From: Fervidobacterium sp.
GTDB taxonomy: Bacteria > Thermotogota > Thermotogae > Thermotogales > Fervidobacteriaceae
Length of the DNA: 64,000 nucleotides
NCBI GenBank assembly: GCA_049970055.1
Contig: JBMFNR010000001.1
Span: forward strand, 64,001-128,000
Direction: 5' to 3'
The position numbers were made by a program, and so were the translations under genes. This document shows positions 18,587 through 27,418 of this stretch, one piece after another. The notes under the pieces were generated by a model that searched no databases, was not told the DNA's origin, and was given only the letters and a program-made list of their open reading frames with translations. Within the stretch, counting starts at the first letter, position 1; every line of letters starts with the position of its first letter.

Positions 18587-19696
18587 ATGAAAAGAGCGGT
18601 TTTGGGCTTATTATTGTTGATAAGTTTGAGTTTGTTTGCTACGGTTAAGATTGGCGCACTATTGCCACTTACAGGTGGTGTATCTGCTTTTGGTGATTTG
18701 GTGAAAAAAGGTATTGAGCTTGCATTTGAAGAGAAAGGAACGGTACTTGGTGAGAAGATTGAGGTTATCTATATGGATACACGAAGCGAAAAAACGGAAG
18801 CAGCTAATGGTATAGCAAGATTGATAGACAAAGAAGGTGTTATCGCCGTTATAGGTGAAGTTATCAGTGGTAATTCAATTGCCGCAGGTGAGATTGCGGA
18901 AAAGAAAAAAGTACCGATGGTGAGTCCATCCTCGACAAATCCATTAGTCACCCAGGGAAAGAAATTTGTTTCAAGAGTTTGTTTTATCGATCCTCTCCAG
19001 GGAACAGCTCTTGCAGAATTTGTTGCAAATACATTAAAAGCTAAGAAAGCTACAGTATTTACGGATGTTGAACAAGATTATAGTGTCGGTTTATCGAACT
19101 ATTTTATAGAACGCTTCAAAAAACTTGGTGGACAGGTTCTACAAGTACAATATAAATCAGGTGATCAAGAGTTCAGTGCACAACTTTCACAGGCACTCGC
19201 GTTTGGTAGTGATGCAATAGTTGTCACTGGTTACTACAATGAAATAGCGCTTGTTGCTCAGCAAGCAAGATCACTTGGTTATAAAGGATACATCCTTGCA
19301 GGAGATGGAGCGGATGCACCGGAACTTATTAAAATAGGCGGAGAAGCGGTTGAGGGAATTTACTTCTCCGACCACTTCCACCCAGACGCACCAGTTACGA
19401 ATAGATCAAAGAAATTCGTAGAAGCATTCACTAAAAAGTATGGTGTAAAACCATCTACTCTCTCCGCTCTTGGCTACGATGCCTACATGCTTGTTGTTGA
19501 AGCGATTGAAAGGGCAAAAACAAAGAAACCAGAACTGATTGCTACAGCAATTAGGTCTATAAAGAACTTTGAAGGGGCAACAGGTACGATTACCATTGAT
19601 GCCAATGGAAATGCGACAAAGGATGTTGTCATCCTAACGGTTAAGAAAGGACAGTTTGAATTTGCGGCCAAAATTTCTGCAAGTGTTTTGAAATAA
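18587..19696 (+). CDS. livK: Branched-chain amino-acid ABC substrate-binding protein (copy 1)
   Basis: Signal peptide; VKIGALLPLTG, RVCFIDPLQG, DYSVGL, LGYDA. Confidence 0.92.
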   Translation: MKRAVLGLLLLISLSLFATVKIGALLPLTGGVSAFGDLVKKGIELAFEEKGTVLGEKIEVIYMDTRSEKTEAANGIARLIDKEGVIAVIGEVISGNSIAAGEIAEKKKVPMVSPSSTNPLVTQGKKFVSRVCFIDPLQGTALAEFVANTLKAKKATVFTDVEQDYSVGLSNYFIERFKKLGGQVLQVQYKSGDQEFSAQLSQALAFGSDAIVVTGYYNEIALVAQQARSLGYKGYILAGDGADAPELIKIGGEAVEGIYFSDHFHPDAPVTNRSKKFVEAFTKKYGVKPSTLSALGYDAYMLVVEAIERAKTKKPELIATAIRSIKNFEGATGTITIDANGNATKDVVILTVKKGQFEFAAKISASVLK

Positions 19697-19717
19697 AAAG
19701 ACGATTTAGCAAAATTA

Positions 19718-19746
19718 AAAGTGGGTGGCTAAATGCCACTCACTTT
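19718..19746 (+). terminator. Intergenic hairpin after livK copy 1
   Basis: AAAGTGGGTGGC-TAAAT-GCCACTCACTTT with a short T tail; weak terminator or mRNA stabiliser. Confidence 0.6.
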
Positions 19747-19781
19747 CGTTAGATTAATTAGAACAAAAGAAGGTGGCTGTT

Positions 19782-20894
19782 GTGAAAAGGTTGATGTTTG
19801 TATTATTTATTGCTTTAAGTATCACTATTTTTGCCAACATCAAGATCGGTGTTTTGCTCCCACTTACCGGTGGAATTTCCGCTTTTGGCGACTGGACGAA
19901 GAAAGGTGTAGAACTTGCGCACAGTCAGAAAAACACCGTTCTCGGTGAAAAGATAGTGCTTGTTTACGCTGACACCAGAAGCGAAAAGACGGAAGCAGCA
20001 AATGCAATGGCAAGATTAATTGATAAGGAAAAAGTTGTCGCTGTTATTGGTGAGATTGCAAGTAGTAATTCAATAGCAGCTGGCGAAATTGCGGAAAGTA
20101 GAAAAATTCCACAAGTGGCAGTAACTTCAACTAATCCTTTGGTAACACAAGGAAAAAAATTTGTTTCAAGAGTATGTTTTATAGATCCACTACAAGGTAC
20201 GGCTCTCGCAGAATTCGCTGGCGGAGTTTTGAAAGCAAAAAAAGTAACTATCTTTGTTGATATTGAGCAAGATTACAGTGTGGGTTTGACAAATTATTTT
20301 GTTGAAAGATTCGAAAAGAAATATAAAGGGCAGGTTTCAAAAGTGCAGTATAAATCAGGTGACCAAGAATTTAGTGCACAGATTGGTCAAGCGATGTCTT
20401 TTGGAAGTGACGTGATAATGTTTACTGGATACTACAATGAGATAGCTTTAGCAGCTCAACAGGCCAGAGCCATGGGGTACAAAGGTTACTTTATTGCGGG
20501 TGATGGTGCAGATGCGCCAGAGTTAATCAAAATAGGTGGTCAAGCTGTTGAAGGATTATATTTCACAACACATTATGTTCCTGAAGCGGCAAAGACAAAG
20601 CTAGCTAAAGATTTTGTTGATGCATTTAAAAAAGTTTACGGAACGCTTCCTGCAATGAATGCAGCTCTTGGCTACGATGCTTACATGCTTATAGTGGATG
20701 CTATTGAAAGGTCAAAATCAAAAGATCCTGTAAAAATTAACCAGGCTATTAGGGCAACAAAAGGGTTCCAAGGTGTGAGTGGTACTATAGACATTGACGA
20801 AAATGGGAACGCAATAAAGGATGTTATAATAGTTCAAGTGAAGGGTGGGAAGTTCACGTTTGTTCAAAGTATTGAGCCAAAAGATTTGAAATAG
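19782..20894 (+). CDS. livK: Branched-chain amino-acid ABC substrate-binding protein (copy 2)
   Basis: Tandem paralogue of copy 1, sharing long identical blocks (TNPLVTQGKKFVSRVCFIDPLQGTALAEF). Confidence 0.92.
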   Translation: MKRLMFVLFIALSITIFANIKIGVLLPLTGGISAFGDWTKKGVELAHSQKNTVLGEKIVLVYADTRSEKTEAANAMARLIDKEKVVAVIGEIASSNSIAAGEIAESRKIPQVAVTSTNPLVTQGKKFVSRVCFIDPLQGTALAEFAGGVLKAKKVTIFVDIEQDYSVGLTNYFVERFEKKYKGQVSKVQYKSGDQEFSAQIGQAMSFGSDVIMFTGYYNEIALAAQQARAMGYKGYFIAGDGADAPELIKIGGQAVEGLYFTTHYVPEAAKTKLAKDFVDAFKKVYGTLPAMNAALGYDAYMLIVDAIERSKSKDPVKINQAIRATKGFQGVSGTIDIDENGNAIKDVIIVQVKGGKFTFVQSIEPKDLK

Positions 20895-20904
20895 TTTAAT
20901 TTAA

Positions 20905-20940
20905 GATAGGTGACAACCGACTTTTTGGTTATCACCTATC
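20905..20940 (+). other. Intergenic hairpin after livK copy 2
   Basis: GATAGGTGACAACC...GGTTATCACCTATC imperfect inverted repeat with no U-tract. Confidence 0.55.
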
Positions 20941-20969
20941 GTTAATGTCTACGGTGGGAGGGATAACAA

Positions 20970-21881
20970 TTGAGCTTTAATCTAACAATGCTAATTCAAA
21001 ATTTCCTCAATGGTCTGATGGTTGGAGGACTTTACGCCTTAATAGCAGTAGGGTATACTATGGTTTATGGCATTTTGAGGTTAATTAACTTTGCGTTCGG
21101 CGACATTATGGTTATGGGAATTTATTTTGCATTTTATGGTGCTACATTGATAAGATTAAGCTTTCCTTTGGCAGTTGGTTTTTCGCTCTTAACAACAGCG
21201 ATCTTGGGTCTTTTAATTGACAGATTGGCTTACAAACCTCTTAGAAATGCTCCAAGGATATCCGCCTTGATAACGGCGATTGGAGTTTCTTTTTTCATCG
21301 AAAGTTTTGCGGTTGTAATTTTTGGTCCTAATTACAAAGCATTTTTGGAAGCTCTTCAAAACAAAACAATAGCATTTGAATCTTTTGTGATAAGTGGAGT
21401 GTACCTACCAAAGATTATATTTATCATACTCGGTATTACCGCAGCAGCGCTTGTTGTGCTTTTTTTAATAGTTTACAAAACAAAAATTGGTATGGCGATG
21501 CGAGCAATTTCAGCTGATATTCCGACAACATCTTTGATGGGAATAAATGTTGATAACGTTATTGGGTTTACATTTGCTATTAGTTCGGCTTTGGCAGCAC
21601 TTGCAGGGATTATGTGGGCTTTGAGATACCCAAGTTTTTATCCATACACTGGCTTTGTACCGGGTTTAAAAGCATTTATCGCTGCAGTTCTTGGTGGAAT
21701 AGGCTCTATAGGTGGTGCGGTTCTTGGTGGCATATTACTTGGTGTTCTTGAAATGATGATAATAACTTTCTTCCCAACGCTTATGCAATACAAGGATGCT
21801 TTCGCGTTTATAGTACTTATCGTTATACTTTTGATTAGACCCGCTGGACTTTTAGGCAAGCGTTCGATAGTTAAGGTTTGA
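20970..21881 (+). CDS. livH: BCAA ABC permease LivH
   Basis: YALIAVGYTMVYGILRLINFA, GMAMRA, GLKAFIAAVLGGIG. Confidence 0.93.
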   Translation: MSFNLTMLIQNFLNGLMVGGLYALIAVGYTMVYGILRLINFAFGDIMVMGIYFAFYGATLIRLSFPLAVGFSLLTTAILGLLIDRLAYKPLRNAPRISALITAIGVSFFIESFAVVIFGPNYKAFLEALQNKTIAFESFVISGVYLPKIIFIILGITAAALVVLFLIVYKTKIGMAMRAISADIPTTSLMGINVDNVIGFTFAISSALAALAGIMWALRYPSFYPYTGFVPGLKAFIAAVLGGIGSIGGAVLGGILLGVLEMMIITFFPTLMQYKDAFAFIVLIVILLIRPAGLLGKRSIVKV

Positions 21882-21894
21882 TATGGGGTGTGAG

Positions 21895-22959
21895 ATGATG
21901 AAGAATAAGGTGAAAAGGGATATAGCGTTAACAATACTATTTTTGATTTTTTCTATCGTGCTTCTTGCACTTGCCGATGCCAAGTTTGATACGTATCAAA
22001 AGCAAATATTATCACTTATGGCGATATACGGAATAATGGCAGTTAGTTTGAATCTTGTTAACGGTATAACAGGCATTTTCTCTCTTGGACATGCAGGGTT
22101 TATTTTGCTAGGTGCCTACACATCGGCACTATTGACGATTCCAGCGGAACAGAAAGTAATGATATTTATCATCAAGCCTCCGAGTCCGTTAATTGCTAAT
22201 TTGCATACTGACTTTCTTACAGCTACAATTGTTGGTGGTTTAGTTGCAGCTTTTGGCGCGTTTATAATTGGATTTCCCGTCTTAAGGCTTTCAGGCGATT
22301 ACCTAGCAATTGCTTCTCTTGGCTTTTCGGAAGTACTCAGGATATTGGCACTCAATTTACAATCTATTACGAACGGTTCACTTGGTTTGAAGGGACTTCC
22401 AAATTATACAAACATTTGGTGGAGCTGGGGCTGGTTGTTTGTAACAATCTTGACCATAGTTAGTTTGGTAAAAAGTTCTTATGGTCGTGCACTTTTGGCT
22501 ATAAGGGATAATTCTATCGCTGCTGAAGCGATGGGGATAAATGTATTTAAACACACACTTTTATCTTTTGTTATTAGCGCGTTTTTTGCTGGAGTCAGTG
22601 GGGCTTTGTACGCTCATTGGCTCACTACGATTGATCCAAGAATTACCACATTTGGTCCCATCCTGACGTACTATGTGCTGATCATGGTTGTCCTCGGTGG
22701 TTTGGGAAGCATCAGCGGATCGGTTGTTGGTGCAATTATTTTTGCATTCCTCATGGAATGGCTTAGAGCGTTTGAGCAACCATTCACACTCTTTGGAAAA
22801 GATTTTCCAGCTATACAGGGTATGAGAATGCTTGTTTTATCTGTACTTTTTGTTGTCATAATGATAGTGTGGAAGAGAGGGCTATTTGGTAGAGCGGAAA
22901 TTACCTGGGATGGAATAATAAACCTTTTCAGAAAGCCACTGAGAGGTGGTAAAAAATGA
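21895..22959 (+). CDS. livM: BCAA ABC permease LivM
   Basis: SLNLVNG..G.FSLGHAGF, LRLSGDYLAIA, GRALLAIRDN..AAEAMG. Confidence 0.93.
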   Translation: MMKNKVKRDIALTILFLIFSIVLLALADAKFDTYQKQILSLMAIYGIMAVSLNLVNGITGIFSLGHAGFILLGAYTSALLTIPAEQKVMIFIIKPPSPLIANLHTDFLTATIVGGLVAAFGAFIIGFPVLRLSGDYLAIASLGFSEVLRILALNLQSITNGSLGLKGLPNYTNIWWSWGWLFVTILTIVSLVKSSYGRALLAIRDNSIAAEAMGINVFKHTLLSFVISAFFAGVSGALYAHWLTTIDPRITTFGPILTYYVLIMVVLGGLGSISGSVVGAIIFAFLMEWLRAFEQPFTLFGKDFPAIQGMRMLVLSVLFVVIMIVWKRGLFGRAEITWDGIINLFRKPLRGGKK

Positions 22960-23822
22960 CAGCTCATGGCAAAGGTGCAGAAAGAAATGTCCTTTTGAGA
23001 ATGGAACACGTTACAATGCAATTTGGAGGTCTAGTCGCCGTAGACGATTTTGATAACGTTGCTTACGAAGGCGAGATACTTGGGATAATTGGTCCGAACG
23101 GTGCGGGGAAAACAACAGCTTTCAACGTTATAACTGGGATATACTTCCCAACAAAAGGTAAAGTTATATTCGATGGAATAGATATAACACCTTACAAACC
23201 CCACCAGATTACACATTTAGGTATTGCAAGAACCTTTCAAAATATTAGGCTTTTTGACACACTCACAGTCTTAGATAATGTATTAATTGCGCAACACCAT
23301 CTTTTATCAGCAAAAGATGCAGATAATATTTTAGAAAGACACGGTAAGAAGAAAAAGATAAAAGGACATCTTTGGTTTTGGAGGGCTCTTCTCAAAGTCG
23401 GTTACAGGAAAGTCGAGCAAGAAATGAGAGAACATGCGATGGAGTTACTAAAAAAAGTAGAGCTTGACCATTTAGCGTACGAGATTGCTTCGTCGCTACC
23501 ATATGGTCAGCAAAGAAAGTTGGAGATTGCAAGAGCACTCGCAACTGAACCTAAATTATTGCTATTGGATGAACCAGCAGCTGGTATGAACCCAAAAGAA
23601 TCAGAAGAGCTTATGAATTTTATAAAATACATACGCGATGAGTTTGATTTGACAATCATTCTCATCGAACACGACATGAAGGTTGTTATGGGAGTATGTG
23701 AAAGGATAATCGTTATGGATTCGGGTAAAATTATCGCAGAAGGTACTCCCGAGCAGATAAGTAGAAATCCAAAAGTTATAGAGGCTTACCTTGGTAAGGA
23801 GTGGGAACATGCCGGTGCTTGA
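22956..23822 (+). CDS. livG: BCAA ABC ATPase LivG
   Basis: FGGLVAV, GPNGAGKTT, LPYGQQRKLEIARAL, LDEPAAG, IEHDM. Confidence 0.95.
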   Translation: MTAHGKGAERNVLLRMEHVTMQFGGLVAVDDFDNVAYEGEILGIIGPNGAGKTTAFNVITGIYFPTKGKVIFDGIDITPYKPHQITHLGIARTFQNIRLFDTLTVLDNVLIAQHHLLSAKDADNILERHGKKKKIKGHLWFWRALLKVGYRKVEQEMREHAMELLKKVELDHLAYEIASSLPYGQQRKLEIARALATEPKLLLLDEPAAGMNPKESEELMNFIKYIRDEFDLTIILIEHDMKVVMGVCERIIVMDSGKIIAEGTPEQISRNPKVIEAYLGKEWEHAGA

Positions 23823-24519
23823 AGTAGATGGACTCCACGTATTTTATGGTGCGATTCATGCGATTAAAGGTATATCATTTAAAGTTGAAAAAGGGAAGAT
23901 AATAACACTCATCGGAGCAAACGGTGCTGGAAAAACAACAACACTTTCGACTGTTGCAGGATTGGTGAAAAGTAAGAGAGGAAGGATTGTTTTTGAAGAT
24001 AAAGAAATTCAAAATTTTCCACCCCACATTATTAATAAGATGGGAATTTCATTAGTTCCAGAAGGAAGGCGGATATTCCCCAATCTTACTGTGTTTGAAA
24101 ATTTAATGATGGGAGCGTACAATAGGAAAGACAAAGAAGGGATCAATCAAGACTTAGAATGGGTCTTCTCACTCTTTCCAAGACTTGCCGAACGAAAAAA
24201 TCAACTTGGTGGTACACTTTCGGGTGGGGAACAACAAATGCTCGCAATATCAAGAGCACTTATGAATCGTCCCAAGCTTCTCATGATGGATGAACCATCG
24301 CTTGGTTTAGCCCCCATATTAGTTGAAGAAGTCTTTGAGATCATCAAGAAACTTAATTCAGAAGGTATTACGATATTACTTGTTGAGCAAAATGCTGTCG
24401 GCGCTCTGAGCATATCACATTACGGATACGTACTTGAAACCGGAACGATAACATTGGAGGGACCTTCTCAAGAACTTTTGAAAAACGAAGAAGTTAAAAA
24501 AGCATACCTTGGTTTATAA
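23809..24519 (+). CDS. livF: BCAA ABC ATPase LivF
   Basis: GANGAGKTT, VPEGRRIF, LSGGEQQM, DEPSLGL, VEQN. Confidence 0.95.
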   Translation: MPVLEVDGLHVFYGAIHAIKGISFKVEKGKIITLIGANGAGKTTTLSTVAGLVKSKRGRIVFEDKEIQNFPPHIINKMGISLVPEGRRIFPNLTVFENLMMGAYNRKDKEGINQDLEWVFSLFPRLAERKNQLGGTLSGGEQQMLAISRALMNRPKLLMMDEPSLGLAPILVEEVFEIIKKLNSEGITILLVEQNAVGALSISHYGYVLETGTITLEGPSQELLKNEEVKKAYLGL

Positions 24520-24522
24520 AAC

Positions 24523-24562
24523 AAAAAAGAAAGCAGGTTTTAAAAAAGCCTGCTTTCTTTTT
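24523..24562. terminator. Bidirectional terminator between livF and sdaAA
   Basis: AAAAGAAAGCAGG...CCTGCTTTCTTTT inverted repeat between convergent genes. Confidence 0.8.
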
Positions 24563-24577
24563 GACATTCATTTATAG

Positions 24578-25453
24578 TTAATCATTGTTTTTCATCCAAT
24601 TTTCTTTGATCTTTTCAACTATCTTCTGGGCTGTTTTGGTTGCGGCAATTCCGCCGATACCAGTTTCTTTTAAACTCTCAGGCAATGCTTTTCCGACTAG
24701 GTACATCGCTTCGATTACTTCGTCGAACGGGATAACACTTTCTATACTCGCGAGTGCCATCTCACTACAAGCAATGGCTATGTTCACTGCTACACCATTT
24801 CGCTTTACACAAGGAACCTCTACAAAGCCACCAACAGGATCGCAAACGAGTCCCATAAGGGATTTAAAAGCTAATGCAGCTGCGTTTCCAACTTTAAGTG
24901 GATCATTTGAGAAATAATAAGTCAACAAAGCAGATGCCATAGCAGTTGCTGTACCGATTTCAGCTTGGCAACCACCAGCAGCACCCGAAAGTGTTGCCTT
25001 TTTCGCCACGATATTCCCGATTCCAGAAGCGACGATAAATGATTTGAGCAGATCTTCGTCATTTGCTTTGTAAATTTTTCTGAGCGCGTACAAAACACCC
25101 GGTACAACACCACAAGACCCTGCGGTAGGGCAAGCCACGATACGCCCCATTGAAGCGTTAGACTCTCCCATTGATAGAGCTACCGCCGTTGCTATATGGT
25201 TGAATTGACTCATCATTGTTGGTACGTACTGGGAGAATTTGTATCCGTTCTCTCCCGTCATTCCGGTAAGCGTTTGAAACCTCTTGCCAAAGTTTTTCTC
25301 GGATTCTTCAAGCATTACATCCATCAATTTTCTAAGATTTTCTTTCACCTTTTGTGGATCTCTACCCGTTTCTATCATGTCTTCTGCTAATATTATCTCA
25401 CTGAATTCCAGATTTGTTCCTTTCCAGATCTCCAAAAGCTCGGAATATTTCAT
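24578..25453 (-). CDS. sdaAA: L-serine dehydratase, Fe-S dependent, alpha subunit
   Basis: IVACPTAGSCG, GGCQAE, GLVCDPVGGFVEVPCVKRN, LKETGIGG. Confidence 0.95.
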   Translation of the reverse strand: MKYSELLEIWKGTNLEFSEIILAEDMIETGRDPQKVKENLRKLMDVMLEESEKNFGKRFQTLTGMTGENGYKFSQYVPTMMSQFNHIATAVALSMGESNASMGRIVACPTAGSCGVVPGVLYALRKIYKANDEDLLKSFIVASGIGNIVAKKATLSGAAGGCQAEIGTATAMASALLTYYFSNDPLKVGNAAALAFKSLMGLVCDPVGGFVEVPCVKRNGVAVNIAIACSEMALASIESVIPFDEVIEAMYLVGKALPESLKETGIGGIAATKTAQKIVEKIKENWMKNND

Positions 25454-26112
25454 ATTCCTTCACCTTCTTCAATTTTGACATTGTACGTCTCAAGCACATT
25501 CGAAAGCTGGTTCAGACATTTAAGAACGCTATCATCAATGTTTTCATCAAGTTCTATAATTGTTAGAGCTACTCCTTGTAACGCATTTACTCTTCTAAGA
25601 TAAACATTCGCTATATTTTTCTTTATGCAATCTAAGATTTCTTTTAGTGCTCCAGGTTTATCTTTATTGACGATAACAAGTGCTGGGAAATCACCGGTAA
25701 GTGAGCATTCAACACCGTTGATTTTTGTTATTCTAATTGCTCCTCCGCCAATCGATGAGCCTTCAACTTCATTGTATGTTTTATCTTTCCAAGCTTTAAT
25801 TAGCACGGTATTTGGATGTACATCTCCAAGGTCATACTGTTCGAAGTAATATTGAATACCGTACATTCTGGCTATCTCATATGCATTTTTCACATCGAGA
25901 TTATCTGGTTTGATACCAAGAACCCCGGCAATTAGAGCTCTGTCCGTACCGTGTCCCTTGTACGTCAATGCGAAAGAACCATGTAGTACAAATATAACTT
26001 TTTCCGGGACTCCCATAAGTTTATAGACAAAGCGTGCGATTTTCAATGCACCAAGTGTGTGAGAACTCGAAGGTCCAATCATAACAGGTCCAGAAACTTC
26101 TAAAAGTCCCAT
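25450..26112 (-). CDS. sdaAB: L-serine dehydratase beta subunit
   Basis: GPVMIGPSSSHT, GSFALTYKGHGTD, HPNT, SIGGG, C-terminal ACT domain. Confidence 0.95.
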   Translation of the reverse strand: MGLLEVSGPVMIGPSSSHTLGALKIARFVYKLMGVPEKVIFVLHGSFALTYKGHGTDRALIAGVLGIKPDNLDVKNAYEIARMYGIQYYFEQYDLGDVHPNTVLIKAWKDKTYNEVEGSSIGGGAIRITKINGVECSLTGDFPALVIVNKDKPGALKEILDCIKKNIANVYLRRVNALQGVALTIIELDENIDDSVLKCLNQLSNVLETYNVKIEEGEGI

Positions 26113-26167
26113 TTAAGTTCCCCCTAATTTTCAAATTTGTTCACAAACACAATTATACCATCCAATT

Positions 26168-26197
26168 AAAAAAATAAAGCCCCCGAATGGGGGCTTT
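26168..26197 (-). terminator. Terminator after the downstream flagellin
   Basis: AAAGCCCCC-GAAT-GGGGGCTTT with an A-run on the + strand (U-tail on -). Confidence 0.8.
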
Positions 26198-26207
26198 CGA
26201 AAATTAT

Positions 26208-27380
26208 TTATCCTCTGAGCAATTGAAGAACATTTTGTGGGAGACCATTTGCCTGTGCAAGCATCGACATGCCAGATTGCATCAAGATTTGTTGTTTTGT
26301 AAATGCCATCATCTCTTTTGCCATATCCGCATCTCTGATTCGGCTCTCTGCTGCTGTTAAATTTTCCGCAGCTACGCCAAGATTTGCTATTGTGTGCTCT
26401 AATCTGTTTTGGATAGCACCAAGTTGTGAACGCACCGAGCTTACTTTATGGATTGCCCCATCAATGACGCTTATAGCCCTTTCAGCGTCATTTTGTGTGG
26501 TCACCTTTAAAACTGACGTTAGAAGTCCCAAATTTTTAGAATCTACGGCATCAATACCTGCGACCATATTCGCACCTTCGTTGGCACCAATTTGGAAAAT
26601 AAGTTGGCTACCAGATGTGTTTAACCCTTCAACGCGAATAGCTCCAGCGTCGATGACAGTTTCTTCAGGCAATGCTCCACCAAATTGGCTGATATTAAAT
26701 CTTGTTGTGTTCCATGCTATTTTTATCCCACCGATAACGATGCTCCCAACTGCGTAGCTTGTTACAGCAGTCACAACACTTGCGTTTTTAACTTGGACAA
26801 TCCTTACATCTAAGTTACTTGTTGTCGCACCTTGAAATTGACCCACTTCAACGATGTAAGTGCCTTCAACCACACTTGCAGCGGAGCTCGCAATTGTTAC
26901 CTTGACATCAATGTTACCTTCTGAAACAACTTTTGCATCGGGATCCGCCCTAAAGCTTTCTAAGTTACCGTTGAGTAACTTTTTAGTGTTAAATTCAGTT
27001 GACCTGCTTATCCTATCAATTTCGTCTCTTAGTTGGTTGATTTCCGCTTGGAGGTTCCACCTATCAACATCTGTGTTTGTGTCTGTTGAAGCTTGTACAG
27101 CAAGCTCTCTCATACGCTGCAAAATAGCGTGGATTTCGTTGAGTGCACCTTCCGCCGTTTGAATCAAAGAAATAGCATCTTGAGCATTTTTAGATGCCAT
27201 TTCCAAGCCTTTGATTTGACCTCTCATTTTTTCACTGATTGCTAATCCCGCTGCATCATCACTTGCTCTGTTAATTCTTAAACCTGACGAGAGTCTTTCA
27301 AGACTTTTCTTCATGTCCGAATCAGTCAAAGTTATCTGCCTCCATGCGTTCAGAGCAGATAAGTTGTGGTTAATCCGCAT
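26208..27380 (-). CDS. fliC: Flagellin (second copy)
   Basis: MRINHN, LSSGLRINRASDDAAGLAISEK, QNRLEHTI, AESRIRDADMAKE. Confidence 0.97.
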   Translation of the reverse strand: MRINHNLSALNAWRQITLTDSDMKKSLERLSSGLRINRASDDAAGLAISEKMRGQIKGLEMASKNAQDAISLIQTAEGALNEIHAILQRMRELAVQASTDTNTDVDRWNLQAEINQLRDEIDRISRSTEFNTKKLLNGNLESFRADPDAKVVSEGNIDVKVTIASSAASVVEGTYIVEVGQFQGATTSNLDVRIVQVKNASVVTAVTSYAVGSIVIGGIKIAWNTTRFNISQFGGALPEETVIDAGAIRVEGLNTSGSQLIFQIGANEGANMVAGIDAVDSKNLGLLTSVLKVTTQNDAERAISVIDGAIHKVSSVRSQLGAIQNRLEHTIANLGVAAENLTAAESRIRDADMAKEMMAFTKQQILMQSGMSMLAQANGLPQNVLQLLRG

Positions 27381-27418
27381 AACCTCACCTCCATAGTAAT
27401 GAAAGCATTAAAACATTC

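Noticed and set aside
26269..27162. Antisense ORFs (162 aa and 100 aa) within flagellin B, similar ones in flagellin A and many other genes
   Set aside because: Codon-bias shadows with no SD and no recognisable protein features.
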